Source: Aciduliprofundum boonei T469 (GTDB lineage: Archaea; Thermoplasmatota; Thermoplasmata; Thermoplasmatales; Aciduliprofundaceae). From it: 32,000 nucleotides of DNA. Every line of letters starts with the position of its first letter. Position 1 is the first letter of the stretch. The stretch covers positions 1,290,001-1,322,000 of the forward strand of contig NC_013926.1 of the NCBI RefSeq assembly GCF_000025665.1. The letters are read 5' to 3'. Shown here in pieces: positions 1 through 9,682 of the stretch. A program made the translations under genes and the position numbers. Under the pieces are notes generated by a model. It made no database searches. It was not told the DNA's origin and worked only from the letters and a program-made list of their open reading frames with translations.

Positions 1-1
1 G

Positions 2-757
2 GGAATCCTAACTAAGGAGGAAGTGGATAACTTGGATTTCAGATTTGGAAACAAGGAGATAATATTGGATCTTCTGCACAAGATTGCAAAAAGAGAGGGC
101 GTGGGCGAACTTCTATCTTTAGGCGTAAGAGAAGCTTCCAAGCGTATAGGAAGGGGCTCTGAGAGATATGCGATTCATGTAAAAGGATTGGAGCCTCCAG
201 GATACGATCCCAGAGGAAGTGTGGGAATGGGATTGAATTATGCTACGAGCAACAGAGGCGCATGTCATTTGCGAGCAGCTATGTATGTGCCCGAGCTACT
301 ATACAAGACAATGGATAGGTTCCAAATAAGGGGCAAGCATGAGTATATAAGAGATTTTCAAAACGTACTTGCCGTTGTGGATTCCATGATAATGTGCAAA
401 TTTGGAAGTCGTTATGGATACTTGGATGATGCAGACACTATTGCCAAAGCTCTGACAGTGGTTACAGGCTATGAGTACTCGGGAGAGGAAATACTAAAGA
501 TAGGGGATAGGATATGGAACATGGAGAGACTCTTTCTCCTTAGAGAAGGATATACCCACAGAGACGATACCTTGCCCGAGAGATTCTTTGAGGAGCCTGT
601 GGATGTTGGTAATGGAGATAAGAGAGCTATTAACAAAGAAGAGTTCCATCAGGCCATAAAAGATTGGTATAGAGCGAGAGGATGGGATGAAAGTGGAAGG
701 CCCACAAGATGGAAATTGGAAGAATTGGGATTGGATGAATATATTGGAAAATTTTGA
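2..757 (+). CDS. aor: Aldehyde:ferredoxin oxidoreductase (tungstopterin AOR family), C-terminal ~250 aa; 5' end lies outside the window
   Basis: The frame is open from nt 2, with no stop before the GTG at 23 listed in the ORF track, so the gene is cut by the window edge. The translation has AOR-family C-terminal signatures: GLNYATSNRGACHLRA, VVDSMIMCKFGS and ERLFLLREG..DTLPERFF. Confidence 0.85.
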   Translation, partial: GILTKEEVDNLDFRFGNKEIILDLLHKIAKREGVGELLSLGVREASKRIGRGSERYAIHVKGLEPPGYDPRGSVGMGLNYATSNRGACHLRAAMYVPELLYKTMDRFQIRGKHEYIRDFQNVLAVVDSMIMCKFGSRYGYLDDADTIAKALTVVTGYEYSGEEILKIGDRIWNMERLFLLREGYTHRDDTLPERFFEEPVDVGNGDKRAINKEEFHQAIKDWYRARGWDESGRPTRWKLEELGLDEYIGKF

Positions 758-768
758 GGTGATGTGAT

Positions 769-2106
769 ATGGAAGGCCCTAAAATAAAAGTAGTTCCCCC
801 GGGACCAAAATCTCAAGAGATTTTGAAACTAAAGGATAAATATGTGGCTCGGGGGATGAGTGTAGCGCATCCGATTGTTGTGGAGAGAGCACATGGAGCG
901 TTTGTGGAGGATGTCGATGGAAATGTATACATAGATTTTGCTGGAGGTATAGGAGTTATTAATGCTGGGCACACTCCTGATGAGGTTGTGGAGGCAATAA
1001 AGGAGCAAAGCGAGAAGCTACTCCATACATGCTTCATGGTCCTGCCCTATGAACCATTCCTTCATCTTGCAGAGAGAATGGTACAGATCACACCTGCGAA
1101 TTTGGAAAAGGTGGCCCTTTTTAACAGTGGTGCTGAGGCTGTTGAAAATGCCATAAAAATTGCAATTTACAGCACAGGAAAGCAGGGGATAATTACCTTT
1201 GACCACGCATTTCACGGAAGGACAAGAATGGGCATGACCCTTACTGGAAAGAACAAACCATACAAATACAAGCTTGGAATGCCCATACCTGGTATATGGC
1301 AATTGCCCTATCCCTATCCCTATAGATGCATGGGCGGTAAAAAGACGGATCCAGAGGAATGTTTGCAAAGAACTTTGGAGTACATAGATTTCAAGCTTAG
1401 AACCCACATCTCTCCAGATGAAACTGCTGCATTCATAGCCGAGCCCTTGCAGGGAGAGGGAGGGTTTATAGTGCCCCCCAAGGGATTTTTCCCAGAGTTG
1501 AAGAAAATTGCAGAGGAAAATGAAATGCTGCTTATTGATGATGAGATTCAGAGTGGCTTCGGTCGTACAGGAAAGATGTGGGCTACCGAGCATTTCGGAA
1601 CAGAGCCCCATATAATGACCTTTGCAAAATCTGTGGCCTCTGGATTACCACTCTCAGGTGTGATTGGAGAAGCTGAGATTATGGATTCTGTGCATCCTGG
1701 TGGTCTAGGAGGTACCTATGGAGGAAACCCTGTGGCATGTGCAGCTGCTCTCAAAACCATAGATATAATTGAGAAAAATCTTGATAATGCTGTGAAGATT
1801 GGAGATATCATACACAAGCGTTTTATAGATATGCAGGATGAATTCAAAATAATAGGGGATGTTCGAGGCTTAGGTCCAATGATAGCTATGGAACTTGTTA
1901 AAGATAGGGAAACTCAGGAGCCCGCTACGGAGGAAACCAAAAAGATACTGCATAAAGCTCTTGAAAAGGGTCTTATCTTAATAAAAGCGGGATTATTCAG
2001 CAATGTTATACGCATTCTTGTACCCATCGTGGCATCCATAGATACTGTTGAGAAAGGTTTGGACATCTTCGAGGATACTATAAAGGAAATATCCCAACAG
2101 ATCTAG
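769..2106 (+). CDS. gabT: Class III PLP-dependent aminotransferase, 4-aminobutyrate aminotransferase-like
   Basis: 445-aa ORF with a GAGGTGAT SD in the 11-nt gap after the AOR stop. Class III motifs are present: DFAGGIGVINAGH, DDEIQSGFGRTG, the PLP-lysine context TFAKSVASG, and GTYGGNP. Confidence 0.85.
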   Translation: MEGPKIKVVPPGPKSQEILKLKDKYVARGMSVAHPIVVERAHGAFVEDVDGNVYIDFAGGIGVINAGHTPDEVVEAIKEQSEKLLHTCFMVLPYEPFLHLAERMVQITPANLEKVALFNSGAEAVENAIKIAIYSTGKQGIITFDHAFHGRTRMGMTLTGKNKPYKYKLGMPIPGIWQLPYPYPYRCMGGKKTDPEECLQRTLEYIDFKLRTHISPDETAAFIAEPLQGEGGFIVPPKGFFPELKKIAEENEMLLIDDEIQSGFGRTGKMWATEHFGTEPHIMTFAKSVASGLPLSGVIGEAEIMDSVHPGGLGGTYGGNPVACAAALKTIDIIEKNLDNAVKIGDIIHKRFIDMQDEFKIIGDVRGLGPMIAMELVKDRETQEPATEETKKILHKALEKGLILIKAGLFSNVIRILVPIVASIDTVEKGLDIFEDTIKEISQQI

Positions 2107-2483
2107 GGCACAATGATACTCTGAAACACTCCTGGGCAAGAACTTACAAGCTTTCTTATTTTATACTTGGCTATCCAATACCTACCATTTCTTTTATAGA
2201 GTTCATAACCTAGAGAGGATACAACTTCATAATCCTTTTCAGATAATAGATAACCATCATAAGAGCCAGCAGGAATGAAAAAAGTTATAGGTAAAAAAAT
2301 TTGAGATTGTGGCAAATTACAACGCTCTGCAATTCTATCAAGGCACTCTTTTTCTATCTTTATTTTCTTTCCTTTCTCCTCAATTACTGGATCTTTGAGA
2401 AGCCCCTGCAAGGACACTCTCTTTTTTATTATCTCCCTGTTTATGCTCAGAATATCCTGCTGTATTATGTTCTCAATTACCAT
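2103..2483 (-). CDS. Small conserved archaeal protein of unknown function (pattern resembles UPF0216/DUF61), translationally coupled to pdxS
   Basis: 126-aa ORF. Its ATG overlaps the pdxS stop (ATGGTAA, 7-nt overlap). The layout INR..KKR.SL..LL ... LPI ... G.Y resembles DUF61 proteins from memory. It is not a PdxT glutaminase. Confidence 0.6.
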   Translation of the reverse strand: MVIENIIQQDILSINREIIKKRVSLQGLLKDPVIEEKGKKIKIEKECLDRIAERCNLPQSQIFLPITFFIPAGSYDGYLLSEKDYEVVSSLGYELYKRNGRYWIAKYKIRKLVSSCPGVFQSIIVP

Positions 2484-3496
2484 CCTCTCTCCTGAAGTTT
2501 CTCGTTGAGTTGCGAGATTTCTTGTCCGTACATTCCTTTGAGTCCCTTGGATACCTCAGCTATCACCTCAGGTTCATCGTAATGCATGACCGCCTCTACT
2601 ATTGCACGGGCCATTTCCTCAGGATTTGGGCTCTTGAATATTCCACTTCCAACAAACACGCCATCCGCTCCAAGGTTCATCATTAAAGCTGCATCTGGTG
2701 GAGTTGCTATGCCTCCCGCTGCAAAGTTCACAACGGGTAAACGCTGGAGCTTTTTAATTTCCATCAATTCTTTGTAGAGCCCTTCCACAATATCGTTTAT
2801 TGTGTATTCTCCAAATACAGGCTCATGTGGGTCTATATCCGACGGCATACCATTAAACTCCTTAACCTGTTTTAACAGCTTCTCATAAGATTCAGCATAT
2901 TTTCTTGCAATTTTGTATATTTCTGCATCATTTTTGTATTTCAACTCCTCTATTCCCCTATTAACCAAGCGCATATGCCTAACTGCCTCAATGACATTGC
3001 CAGTACCAGCCTCACCCTTCGTTCTTATCATAGCGGCACCTTCCCAGATGCGGCGCACTGCCTCCCCGAGATTTCTTGCACCGCAAACGAAGGGAATGGT
3101 AAATTCTCTTTTATCAATATGATAAAACGGGTCCGCGGGAGTAAGTACCTCACTCTCATCAATCATATCCACTCCCAACGCCTCTAATGCACGGGCCTCT
3201 TCAATATGCCCAATACGCACCTTTGCCATAACAGGTATGCTAACAGCATCCATAATCTCTTGAATCTTATTTGGATCCGCCATCCTTGCAACTCCCCCTG
3301 CTGCACGAATATCAGCGGGAACACGCTCTAGAGCCATAACTGCTACAGCACCAGCATCTTCAGCAATTCCGGCCTGCTCGGCATTCGTAACATCCATTAT
3401 TACTCCGCCCTTCTGCATTTTGGCGAAGCCTCTCTTAACGAGCTCACTACCGTATCTAACATTCTCCAGATCCAAATGAAATGGCATTTTTCTCAC
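2477..3496 (-). CDS. pdxS: Pyridoxal 5'-phosphate synthase, lyase subunit PdxS
   Basis: 339-aa ORF with hallmark PdxS motifs: [40 protein letters not shown] and [18 protein letters not shown]. It has a GAGGTGA SD and the archaeal-type internal insertion. Confidence 0.95.
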   Translation of the reverse strand: MRKMPFHLDLENVRYGSELVKRGFAKMQKGGVIMDVTNAEQAGIAEDAGAVAVMALERVPADIRAAGGVARMADPNKIQEIMDAVSIPVMAKVRIGHIEEARALEALGVDMIDESEVLTPADPFYHIDKREFTIPFVCGARNLGEAVRRIWEGAAMIRTKGEAGTGNVIEAVRHMRLVNRGIEELKYKNDAEIYKIARKYAESYEKLLKQVKEFNGMPSDIDPHEPVFGEYTINDIVEGLYKELMEIKKLQRLPVVNFAAGGIATPPDAALMMNLGADGVFVGSGIFKSPNPEEMARAIVEAVMHYDEPEVIAEVSKGLKGMYGQEISQLNEKLQERGW

Positions 3497-3584
3497 CTCA
3501 ATGAGCCATGGCTGCCATCTTTATTTATCTTTCGTTGTAAATTCTGCGAACTCTTAAATAGAATTTTCCAATCTCCATCCTATA

Positions 3585-4037
3585 ATGTGTGAAGATATTG
3601 AAAAAATAAAAAAAGAAAGAGATGAATACAAGGACAAGTACCTGCGCAAGCTTGCTGAGATGGATAATTACAGAAAGATGATGGAGCGAGAGAAAAACAT
3701 GGAAATTGAAAGATGTAGAATTGAGATAATAAAAGAATTTTTGGAGCCTTATGAATCTTTAAGAAAAGCAGTTGAATCCATACCTAAGAATATGAAGGAT
3801 GGAATAGAACTGATTTTAAAGCAGATGGAAAAAATAATGAAAAATCTAGGTTTGAGAGAAATAGAGGCAATAGGTAAAAAATTTGATCCCATGCTCCATG
3901 AAGCCATTGGAGTCGTGGAAGGAGATGAAGATGATATTGTTGTTGAGGAATACCAAAAGGGGTATATGCTTGGCGATATAGTATTGAGACATTCTAAGGT
4001 ATTGGTTTCTAAAAAGGAGGTGAATAAAGATGAGTGA
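3585..4037 (+). CDS. grpE: Nucleotide exchange factor GrpE (short form)
   Basis: 150 aa. N-terminal coiled region ([19 protein letters not shown]) and a C-terminal beta domain ([10 protein letters not shown]...[18 protein letters not shown]). The gene overlaps the dnaK start by 8 nt. A TTAAATA box lies about 27 nt upstream of the ATG, which suggests a leaderless or short-leader transcript. Confidence 0.9.
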   Translation: MCEDIEKIKKERDEYKDKYLRKLAEMDNYRKMMEREKNMEIERCRIEIIKEFLEPYESLRKAVESIPKNMKDGIELILKQMEKIMKNLGLREIEAIGKKFDPMLHEAIGVVEGDEDDIVVEEYQKGYMLGDIVLRHSKVLVSKKEVNKDE

Positions 4038-5874
4038 GAAGATAATAGGAATAGATTTGGGAACGAGCAATTCGGCAGCAGCCGTGTATATAAATGGAAA
4101 TGTTAAGGTGATACCCAGTGCTGAGGGTAATACCATGTACGGAAAAGCATTTCCATCGTATGTTGCTTTTACCAAGGACGGACAATTACTTGTGGGAGAG
4201 CCTGCCAGAAGACAAGCACTTACGAATCCGGAAGGAACGGTATATGCATTCAAAAGGAAAATGGGCACAGATTACAAATACAAGATTTACGGTAAAGAGT
4301 ACACTCCCCAACAATTATCCGCATTTCTACTGCAAAAAATAAAAAGAGATGCAGAAGCTTATTTGGGTGAGGAGATAAAGAAAGCTGTGATAACTGTACC
4401 TGCTTATTTCAATGATAATCAAAGGCAAGCGACTAAAGATGCTGGAGAGATTGCAGGACTTGAAGTTGTAAGGATAATCAACGAGCCCACAGCAGCCGCT
4501 TTAGCCTATGGAATTGATAAGAGCGAAGAGGAATTAAAAATTATGGTATTTGATTTTGGCGGTGGCACACTGGATGTTACCATAATGGAATACGGCAGTG
4601 GCGTTTTTGAGGTAATATCCACAGCAGGTGATACCCAGTTGGGCGGCACGGATATGGACAATGCAATAATAGATTACATAGCTGAAGAATTCAAGAGAGA
4701 GAACGGAGTGGATTTGAGAAATGATAAGAATGCATTTATTCGACTCAAAGAAGCCGCAGAGAAGGCTAAAATTGAGCTCTCTAGTGTCTTGCAGACAGAT
4801 ATAAATTTACCTTACATTACTATCGTTAATGGTGAGCCAAAGCATCTTAACATTACATTAACAAGGGCAAAATTAGAAGAATTGGTTAGACCCATAGTAG
4901 AGAAATCTGGAAAAAGTATAGATGCGGCTTTGAAGAATGCTGGATTAAATAAAAGCGATATTGATAAAATAATACTTGTGGGAGGACCAACAAGGATGCC
5001 CATAGTGCAAAAATTCGTAGAAGATTATATGGGTAAAAAAATAGAGAGGGGAATAGATCCTATGGAATGCGTTGCAACTGGAGCGGCTATTCAGGGTGCT
5101 GTTCTTGCTGGCGAAGTTAAGGATATCGTTCTCCTTGATGTTACCCCTTTAACACTTGGCGTTGAAGTTCTAGGCGGGCTAGTAGAACCCATAATACCTG
5201 CTAACACGACAATTCCAGTTCGTAAATCCAAGATATTTACAACGGCCGCAGATAATCAGACAACTGTAACCATTCATGTTGTTCAGGGTGAGAGGCCTAT
5301 GGCGAAGGATAATGTCTCACTAGGAATGTTTAATCTCACAGGCATTCCACCTGCTCCTCGTGGAGTACCTCAAATTGAAGTCACATTTGATATAGATGCA
5401 AATGGCATTCTGCATGTTAGTGCCAAGGATTTGGGTACAGGGAAGGAAACAGGAATAACCATAAGTGCCAGTACAAAACTCTCGAAGGATGAAATTGAGA
5501 AAATGAAGAAAGAGGCGGAGAAATTCGCCGAGGAGGACAGGAGGAGGAGAGAGGAGATAGAAAATCGCAACAAACTAGAGCAATTGGTGTATGCTTCTGA
5601 AAGGTCTCTGGAGGAGTACGGAGATAAGATTCCTTCCGATGTGAAATCGGAGATAGAAGAAGAAATCAAGAAGGCAAAGAAGGTCTTGGAAGAGGGAAAT
5701 GGGGATAAGATAAAAGAGGAGCTTGAAGTACTTTCAAAAAAGATAGAGAAGATAGGTACTGCGATGTATCAGCAGGCACAACAAGCGCAGCAGGGGCAGC
5801 AACAAGCAAGCTGGAAGCATAGTGGAGAGGGAAAAGATGAGAGGATCCACGATACTAGCTACGAAGAGAAGTGA
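4030..5874 (+). CDS. dnaK: Hsp70 chaperone DnaK
   Basis: 614 aa with an AGGAGGTGA SD. Canonical Hsp70 signatures: [28 protein letters not shown]. The C-terminus has a Q-rich tail. Confidence 0.97.
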   Translation: MSEKIIGIDLGTSNSAAAVYINGNVKVIPSAEGNTMYGKAFPSYVAFTKDGQLLVGEPARRQALTNPEGTVYAFKRKMGTDYKYKIYGKEYTPQQLSAFLLQKIKRDAEAYLGEEIKKAVITVPAYFNDNQRQATKDAGEIAGLEVVRIINEPTAAALAYGIDKSEEELKIMVFDFGGGTLDVTIMEYGSGVFEVISTAGDTQLGGTDMDNAIIDYIAEEFKRENGVDLRNDKNAFIRLKEAAEKAKIELSSVLQTDINLPYITIVNGEPKHLNITLTRAKLEELVRPIVEKSGKSIDAALKNAGLNKSDIDKIILVGGPTRMPIVQKFVEDYMGKKIERGIDPMECVATGAAIQGAVLAGEVKDIVLLDVTPLTLGVEVLGGLVEPIIPANTTIPVRKSKIFTTAADNQTTVTIHVVQGERPMAKDNVSLGMFNLTGIPPAPRGVPQIEVTFDIDANGILHVSAKDLGTGKETGITISASTKLSKDEIEKMKKEAEKFAEEDRRRREEIENRNKLEQLVYASERSLEEYGDKIPSDVKSEIEEEIKKAKKVLEEGNGDKIKEELEVLSKKIEKIGTAMYQQAQQAQQGQQQASWKHSGEGKDERIHDTSYEEK

Positions 5875-5898
5875 AACTATATATGGCATGCTCGCCTA

Positions 5899-6339
5899 AT
5901 GGAACTGGCGAGAAAAATGAAATGGGTAACTAGAGAGTATGTGCATGTGGACCGTGTGGCTTGCCCTTGGCTCATAACGAGATTCATAGATCCCGAGGCA
6001 GAATTTATCTTTGTACCTCGAGACACAGATCCAGCCACTATTAAAGAGGGTACACCCTTTGATATGAAAGGTGTAGAGCTTGGACATCACAATGGAAACT
6101 GCTCCTTTGATGCTTTTATTGAAAAGTACAAAATAGAGGACCCTGCAGTTAAAGAGATACAGAAAATAGTACACGAAGCGGATACGCATGTGGAGAATCC
6201 CTCTCCCCTAGCAATAGCACTGAAGATTTTGGCAAAGGGATATCGTCTGGCAGCAAAGGACGATTATGAAACTCTGGAGAAGGAATTTCCTCTGTATGAT
6301 GCTCTATATGCGTATTTCAAAAATGAGTTAGAAAAGTGA
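5899..6339 (+). CDS. ChrB C-terminal-domain ('chromate resistance' PF09828-like) protein of unknown function, embedded in the dnaK operon
   Basis: 146-aa ORF lying 24 nt after the dnaK stop and ending 6 nt before the dnaJ ATG. The motif VDRVACPWLITRFIDPEAEFIFV is characteristic of the ChrB-C / Chrome_Resist domain. An alternative start at 5917 (MKWVTREY...) lies just past a CTCGCC-N10-GGCGAG hairpin at 5891..5912. Confidence 0.7.
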   Translation: MELARKMKWVTREYVHVDRVACPWLITRFIDPEAEFIFVPRDTDPATIKEGTPFDMKGVELGHHNGNCSFDAFIEKYKIEDPAVKEIQKIVHEADTHVENPSPLAIALKILAKGYRLAAKDDYETLEKEFPLYDALYAYFKNELEK

Positions 6340-6345
6340 AGATGT

Positions 6346-7452
6346 ATGGGCAAGGACTATTACGAAATATTAGGCGTGAGTCGCAATGCCACAAAGGATG
6401 AGATAAAGAGAGCTTACAGAAGATTGGCAAAGAAGTATCATCCTGATTTGAACCCCGATAATCGAGAGGAAGCGGAGGAGAAGTTCAAAGAGATCAGCGA
6501 GGCCTATGAAGTGCTTATGGATGATAAAAAAAGGGAGATATACGATAAATACGGAGAAGATGGATTAAAAGGAAGGGTGTTCAACGAAGGAGGTTTTACC
6601 TGGAACGATTTTACCCATTTTTCGGATTTAAATGATATTTTCGGAGGGTTTGGTGATTTTTTTCGTGATTTCTTTGGTTTCTCTCAGCCAAGGGAGAACA
6701 GGGGGAAAGATGTGGCAGTGCGCGTTACTATTGATTTGAAAGATGTAATTACAGGGGTTGATAAAGAGGTAAAGGTCAAAACTTATGTAACTTGCCCTGT
6801 ATGCCATGGTACAGGTGCAACTCCAGGCTCCTCCGTAAAAACATGCCCTGCATGTGGCGGTACGGGGCAAAAAAGAGTGGTTAAGAGAATGGGGCCCCTT
6901 CAATTCGTAAGCGTCACAACATGTGATGTTTGCCATGGCACAGGAAAAATCATAGAGAAACCCTGTCCAGAGTGCAGAGGTACAGGTAGAGTTTTAGGCG
7001 AAAAAACTTACACAGTGCATATCCCCCCCGGCATTAAAGAAGATGATACTCTTCGAATTCGTGGAAAGGGAGAAATTCCTGAAGGCAAAGGTGTACCTGG
7101 AGATTTGTATATTTATGTCCATATCAACAAGCCCGAGGGTGTGTGGATAGATGGACTAGATATTCATAAAAATATAAGCGTAGCTTATCCAATAGCCGTT
7201 CTCGGAGGAGAAATCAATGTTGAGCTGCTGAATGATACACAAAAGATAAAAATTCCTCCAGGCACACAAAGCGGTTCTACCCTAACCCTTAAAGGTATGG
7301 GTCTACCTCCATTTGGTGGTGGAAGAAGAGGCAATTTCATTCTGCATGTTGAAATAGAAGTGCCCAAGAAATTGAGCAAGAGAGGAAAAGAGCTAGTTAG
7401 AGAGCTTGCAAAGGAGCTAAATGTAGAAACAAAGAGAGGATGGTTCAGATAA
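6346..7452 (+). CDS. dnaJ: Hsp40 co-chaperone DnaJ (type I)
   Basis: 368 aa. J domain with HPD (KKYHPDLNP), a G/F-rich linker, and four CxxCxGxG zinc motifs: [32 protein letters not shown]. Confidence 0.97.
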   Translation: MGKDYYEILGVSRNATKDEIKRAYRRLAKKYHPDLNPDNREEAEEKFKEISEAYEVLMDDKKREIYDKYGEDGLKGRVFNEGGFTWNDFTHFSDLNDIFGGFGDFFRDFFGFSQPRENRGKDVAVRVTIDLKDVITGVDKEVKVKTYVTCPVCHGTGATPGSSVKTCPACGGTGQKRVVKRMGPLQFVSVTTCDVCHGTGKIIEKPCPECRGTGRVLGEKTYTVHIPPGIKEDDTLRIRGKGEIPEGKGVPGDLYIYVHINKPEGVWIDGLDIHKNISVAYPIAVLGGEINVELLNDTQKIKIPPGTQSGSTLTLKGMGLPPFGGGRRGNFILHVEIEVPKKLSKRGKELVRELAKELNVETKRGWFR

Positions 7453-7509
7453 TTCATTCTGAATTTCAGAGTAATTTAATGTATTATTAAATACGAATGC
7501 ATAGGGGTT

Positions 7510-8133
7510 ATGGTGATAAAAATGAATGAAGTATCCGATTTGAAAAATGTACTGGAAAAAATTGAAGGAAAACTCATTGCTGCAAGGAAAATGTATGTGG
7601 CAATGACTTTTGCATTCTGGCTGATAATAATGCTCCTTTACTATGTGATCTTCCCCTATGTGAAAGTATCTCCTCTATTTACAGCGATTTACTGGATAGT
7701 CGCAATAGCAATATATCTATGGATATCTTCGATAATCCTAAAAAATTATGCAAGGCTGAGTGGTTCACCGCATCCTTCAAGTAGAAAACATACAGGAGCA
7801 TTTATAGCAATCTCTTGGATTATTGGGTCCTTTATCGGATGGTTTTTAATTCCAAACCTTAAAGTTGATGTAAACTTCCTATCCCTTCTGGCATCAGGGT
7901 TTCTAAGTTTTATCTCCATTTCTATGTTTGGCGAGTGGCTTTGGTTCCAGTATTGTTATAGACGCTGGAATAATATAGAGATGATTCCTGCATTCGTGAT
8001 ACCTGCTGCTGGTATTCCATTTGCTCTTAATATGGGAAATGACTCCATGGTATGGGCGGGATTCATAGTAGCACTTGCTTTCTCAATAACTATTTTCTGG
8101 TACCTTTATTCAGCCTTCAAAAGCATTAGGTGA
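7510..8133 (+). CDS. Integral membrane protein (about 6 TM), unknown function
   Basis: 207-aa ORF made of repeated hydrophobic segments. It sits immediately upstream (4-nt gap) of a wHTH regulator. An alternative start is at 7522. Confidence 0.65.
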   Translation: MVIKMNEVSDLKNVLEKIEGKLIAARKMYVAMTFAFWLIIMLLYYVIFPYVKVSPLFTAIYWIVAIAIYLWISSIILKNYARLSGSPHPSSRKHTGAFIAISWIIGSFIGWFLIPNLKVDVNFLSLLASGFLSFISISMFGEWLWFQYCYRRWNNIEMIPAFVIPAAGIPFALNMGNDSMVWAGFIVALAFSITIFWYLYSAFKSIR

Positions 8134-8137
8134 GGAG

Positions 8138-8443
8138 ATGAATAATCTCAGGGAAATAGCAAAAACCAGCGTGCTTGGAAATCCCATTCGCTTTGGGATA
8201 ATGCTATATTTACTTCCAAGAGAGCGGGCTTTGTTTATTGATATACAAAGAATATTAGATATAACCCCTGGAAACCTAGATTCACATCTCCGCAAACTTA
8301 AACAGGAAGGATATGTCGAAATTAAAAAAGTTCTGGTAGACAGACCAAGAACGATGGTTAAAATAACGGAAAAGGGTGCAATTGAAACTAGAAATTATCT
8401 AGAAAAATTGAAAAGTGTGGTCTCCTCTTATTATAAATCATAG
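8138..8443 (+). CDS. Winged-helix transcriptional regulator (ArsR/HTH_34-like)
   Basis: 101 aa with a GGTGAGGAG SD. The pattern NPIRFGIMLYL...FIDIQRILDITPGNLDSHLRKLKQEGYVEIKK...RPRT...ITEKG is typical of small wHTH regulators. Confidence 0.8.
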   Translation: MNNLREIAKTSVLGNPIRFGIMLYLLPRERALFIDIQRILDITPGNLDSHLRKLKQEGYVEIKKVLVDRPRTMVKITEKGAIETRNYLEKLKSVVSSYYKS

Positions 8444-8578
8444 ATAAATTCACCTACCAAAATACATGAGATTTTAATTTTTATATCCCTTCTCTCTCCC
8501 TTAACCTTTCTTAAAGCATCACTTATCCGCATCCCTACCTCACAAACTGAATTTGTGAACAGGCATTAATTAAATAAT

Positions 8579-9682
8579 CTAAATTAGGACATACAAAAGA
8601 AAGAGCATTATGATAAATGTTATAATGAAATATGCAATAGAATACTTATGAAACTCTATTGCCCATTTTTTATCCTTAACAAATCTCAGAGCAATGAGAT
8701 TGGCCAGAGATGCTATTATTATACCATTCCCTCCCACGCTCACTCCATAAACTAAAGATTGTATATCATTCGTAAAATTGCTCAAAAGTATCGCTGCGGG
8801 TACATTGCTTATAAATTGAGAGATGAGCGCTCCATAAGCAAACGCTTTTAATCCAGAAATGTTCTGATTCAAAAAGAAATTTCTCACCGCAGGTAGATTC
8901 CCGATTGCATTAAAATCTATAAAAAACAAGAAAAATATTAAGAGAAGAAGCCAATCAACATGTAAATAAACATCCCTTCGATATAATATGTAAACGATGA
9001 AAATTATAGGTATTGCGTAAAATTCGAGGTTCAAATCCATGAAAATGATCATAAAAATAAGGAGAATAAGAGATAACCAAGCCAATTTCTTATCTCCATC
9101 TTCAACATTTTTTATTTCAAACTTTTGGAGATGCTTTGATGGAAAAATAAGGAAGACAAGGAAAAGAAGAATAACAAGCAATACAAGAACAACGGGTAGG
9201 AGATATAATATAAATGCACCGAAGTCCACGCCCCAAAGGTTCCACAAATAGAGATTCTGGGGGTTGCCAATAGGAGTAAGAGCAGAGCCAGCATTTACTG
9301 CGAGTGCTTCAAAAATTATCATTTTCTTTATGTCCTGCTTAACATAGCTTTGAAGTGAAAGAGTAAGGGGAACAAGAAGCAGAAGCGTTACATCATTAGT
9401 TATGAACATAGATAGTACAAATGAGAAAGATATCAATGCTAAAGCAAGTTTTCTCTCGTTTTCTATCTTTTCTATTAATTTCAGAGCAGTGATTTTTAGG
9501 TACTGGCTGTCCATCATAGCTGTAGTAATTAAAAACAGTGCAGCAAGAGTAAGTAGAGTTTTCCAGTCAACAAAATATGGGTATTGAGATACCAAATAAG
9601 GGGCAAAAATTGAAATAATAATTAAAATAACTAGAGATACGATTAGCACATAATCTCTACTCATCTTTTTAAGTAAATTCAT
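8579..9682 (-). CDS. ArsB/NhaD-superfamily anion permease (CitMHS-like)
   Basis: 367 aa and polytopic. Motifs FITNDVTLLLLVPLTL and TPIGNPQNLYLW are typical of this permease superfamily. Confidence 0.75.
   Translation of the reverse strand: MNLLKKMSRDYVLIVSLVILIIISIFAPYLVSQYPYFVDWKTLLTLAALFLITTAMMDSQYLKITALKLIEKIENERKLALALISFSFVLSMFITNDVTLLLLVPLTLSLQSYVKQDIKKMIIFEALAVNAGSALTPIGNPQNLYLWNLWGVDFGAFILYLLPVVLVLLVILLFLVFLIFPSKHLQKFEIKNVEDGDKKLAWLSLILLIFMIIFMDLNLEFYAIPIIFIVYILYRRDVYLHVDWLLLLIFFLFFIDFNAIGNLPAVRNFFLNQNISGLKAFAYGALISQFISNVPAAILLSNFTNDIQSLVYGVSVGGNGIIIASLANLIALRFVKDKKWAIEFHKYSIAYFIITFIIMLFLLYVLI

Noticed and set aside
1018-1611. 197-aa minus-strand ORF inside gabT, together with the 140-aa ORF at 3846..4268 spanning the grpE/dnaK junction.
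   Set aside because: Both are nested antisense to genes with unmistakable family motifs. They have no recognisable domains and no start context.
2103-2483. The ORF downstream of pdxS as the glutaminase subunit PdxT.
   Set aside because: At 126 aa it is too short, and it lacks the class I glutamine amidotransferase catalytic context. The sequence pattern fits a small archaeal DUF-type protein instead.
3504-3513. A 10-bp perfect palindrome, AGCCATGGCT, in the pdxS/grpE divergent region as a heat-shock operator.
   Set aside because: It is a single short palindrome containing an NcoI-type CCATGG core. There is no second copy and no resemblance to archaeal heat-shock regulator sites that I can recall, so chance occurrence is plausible.
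7444-7470. TTCAGA...TCTGAA-T-TTCAGA palindromic cluster right after the dnaJ stop as a rho-independent terminator. The TCACAAA-N5-TTTGTGA hairpin at 8540..8558 was considered in the same way.
   Set aside because: Archaeal termination mainly uses oligo-T tracts rather than hairpins. The stems are only 6-7 bp and AT-rich, so a feature call cannot be supported from sequence alone.
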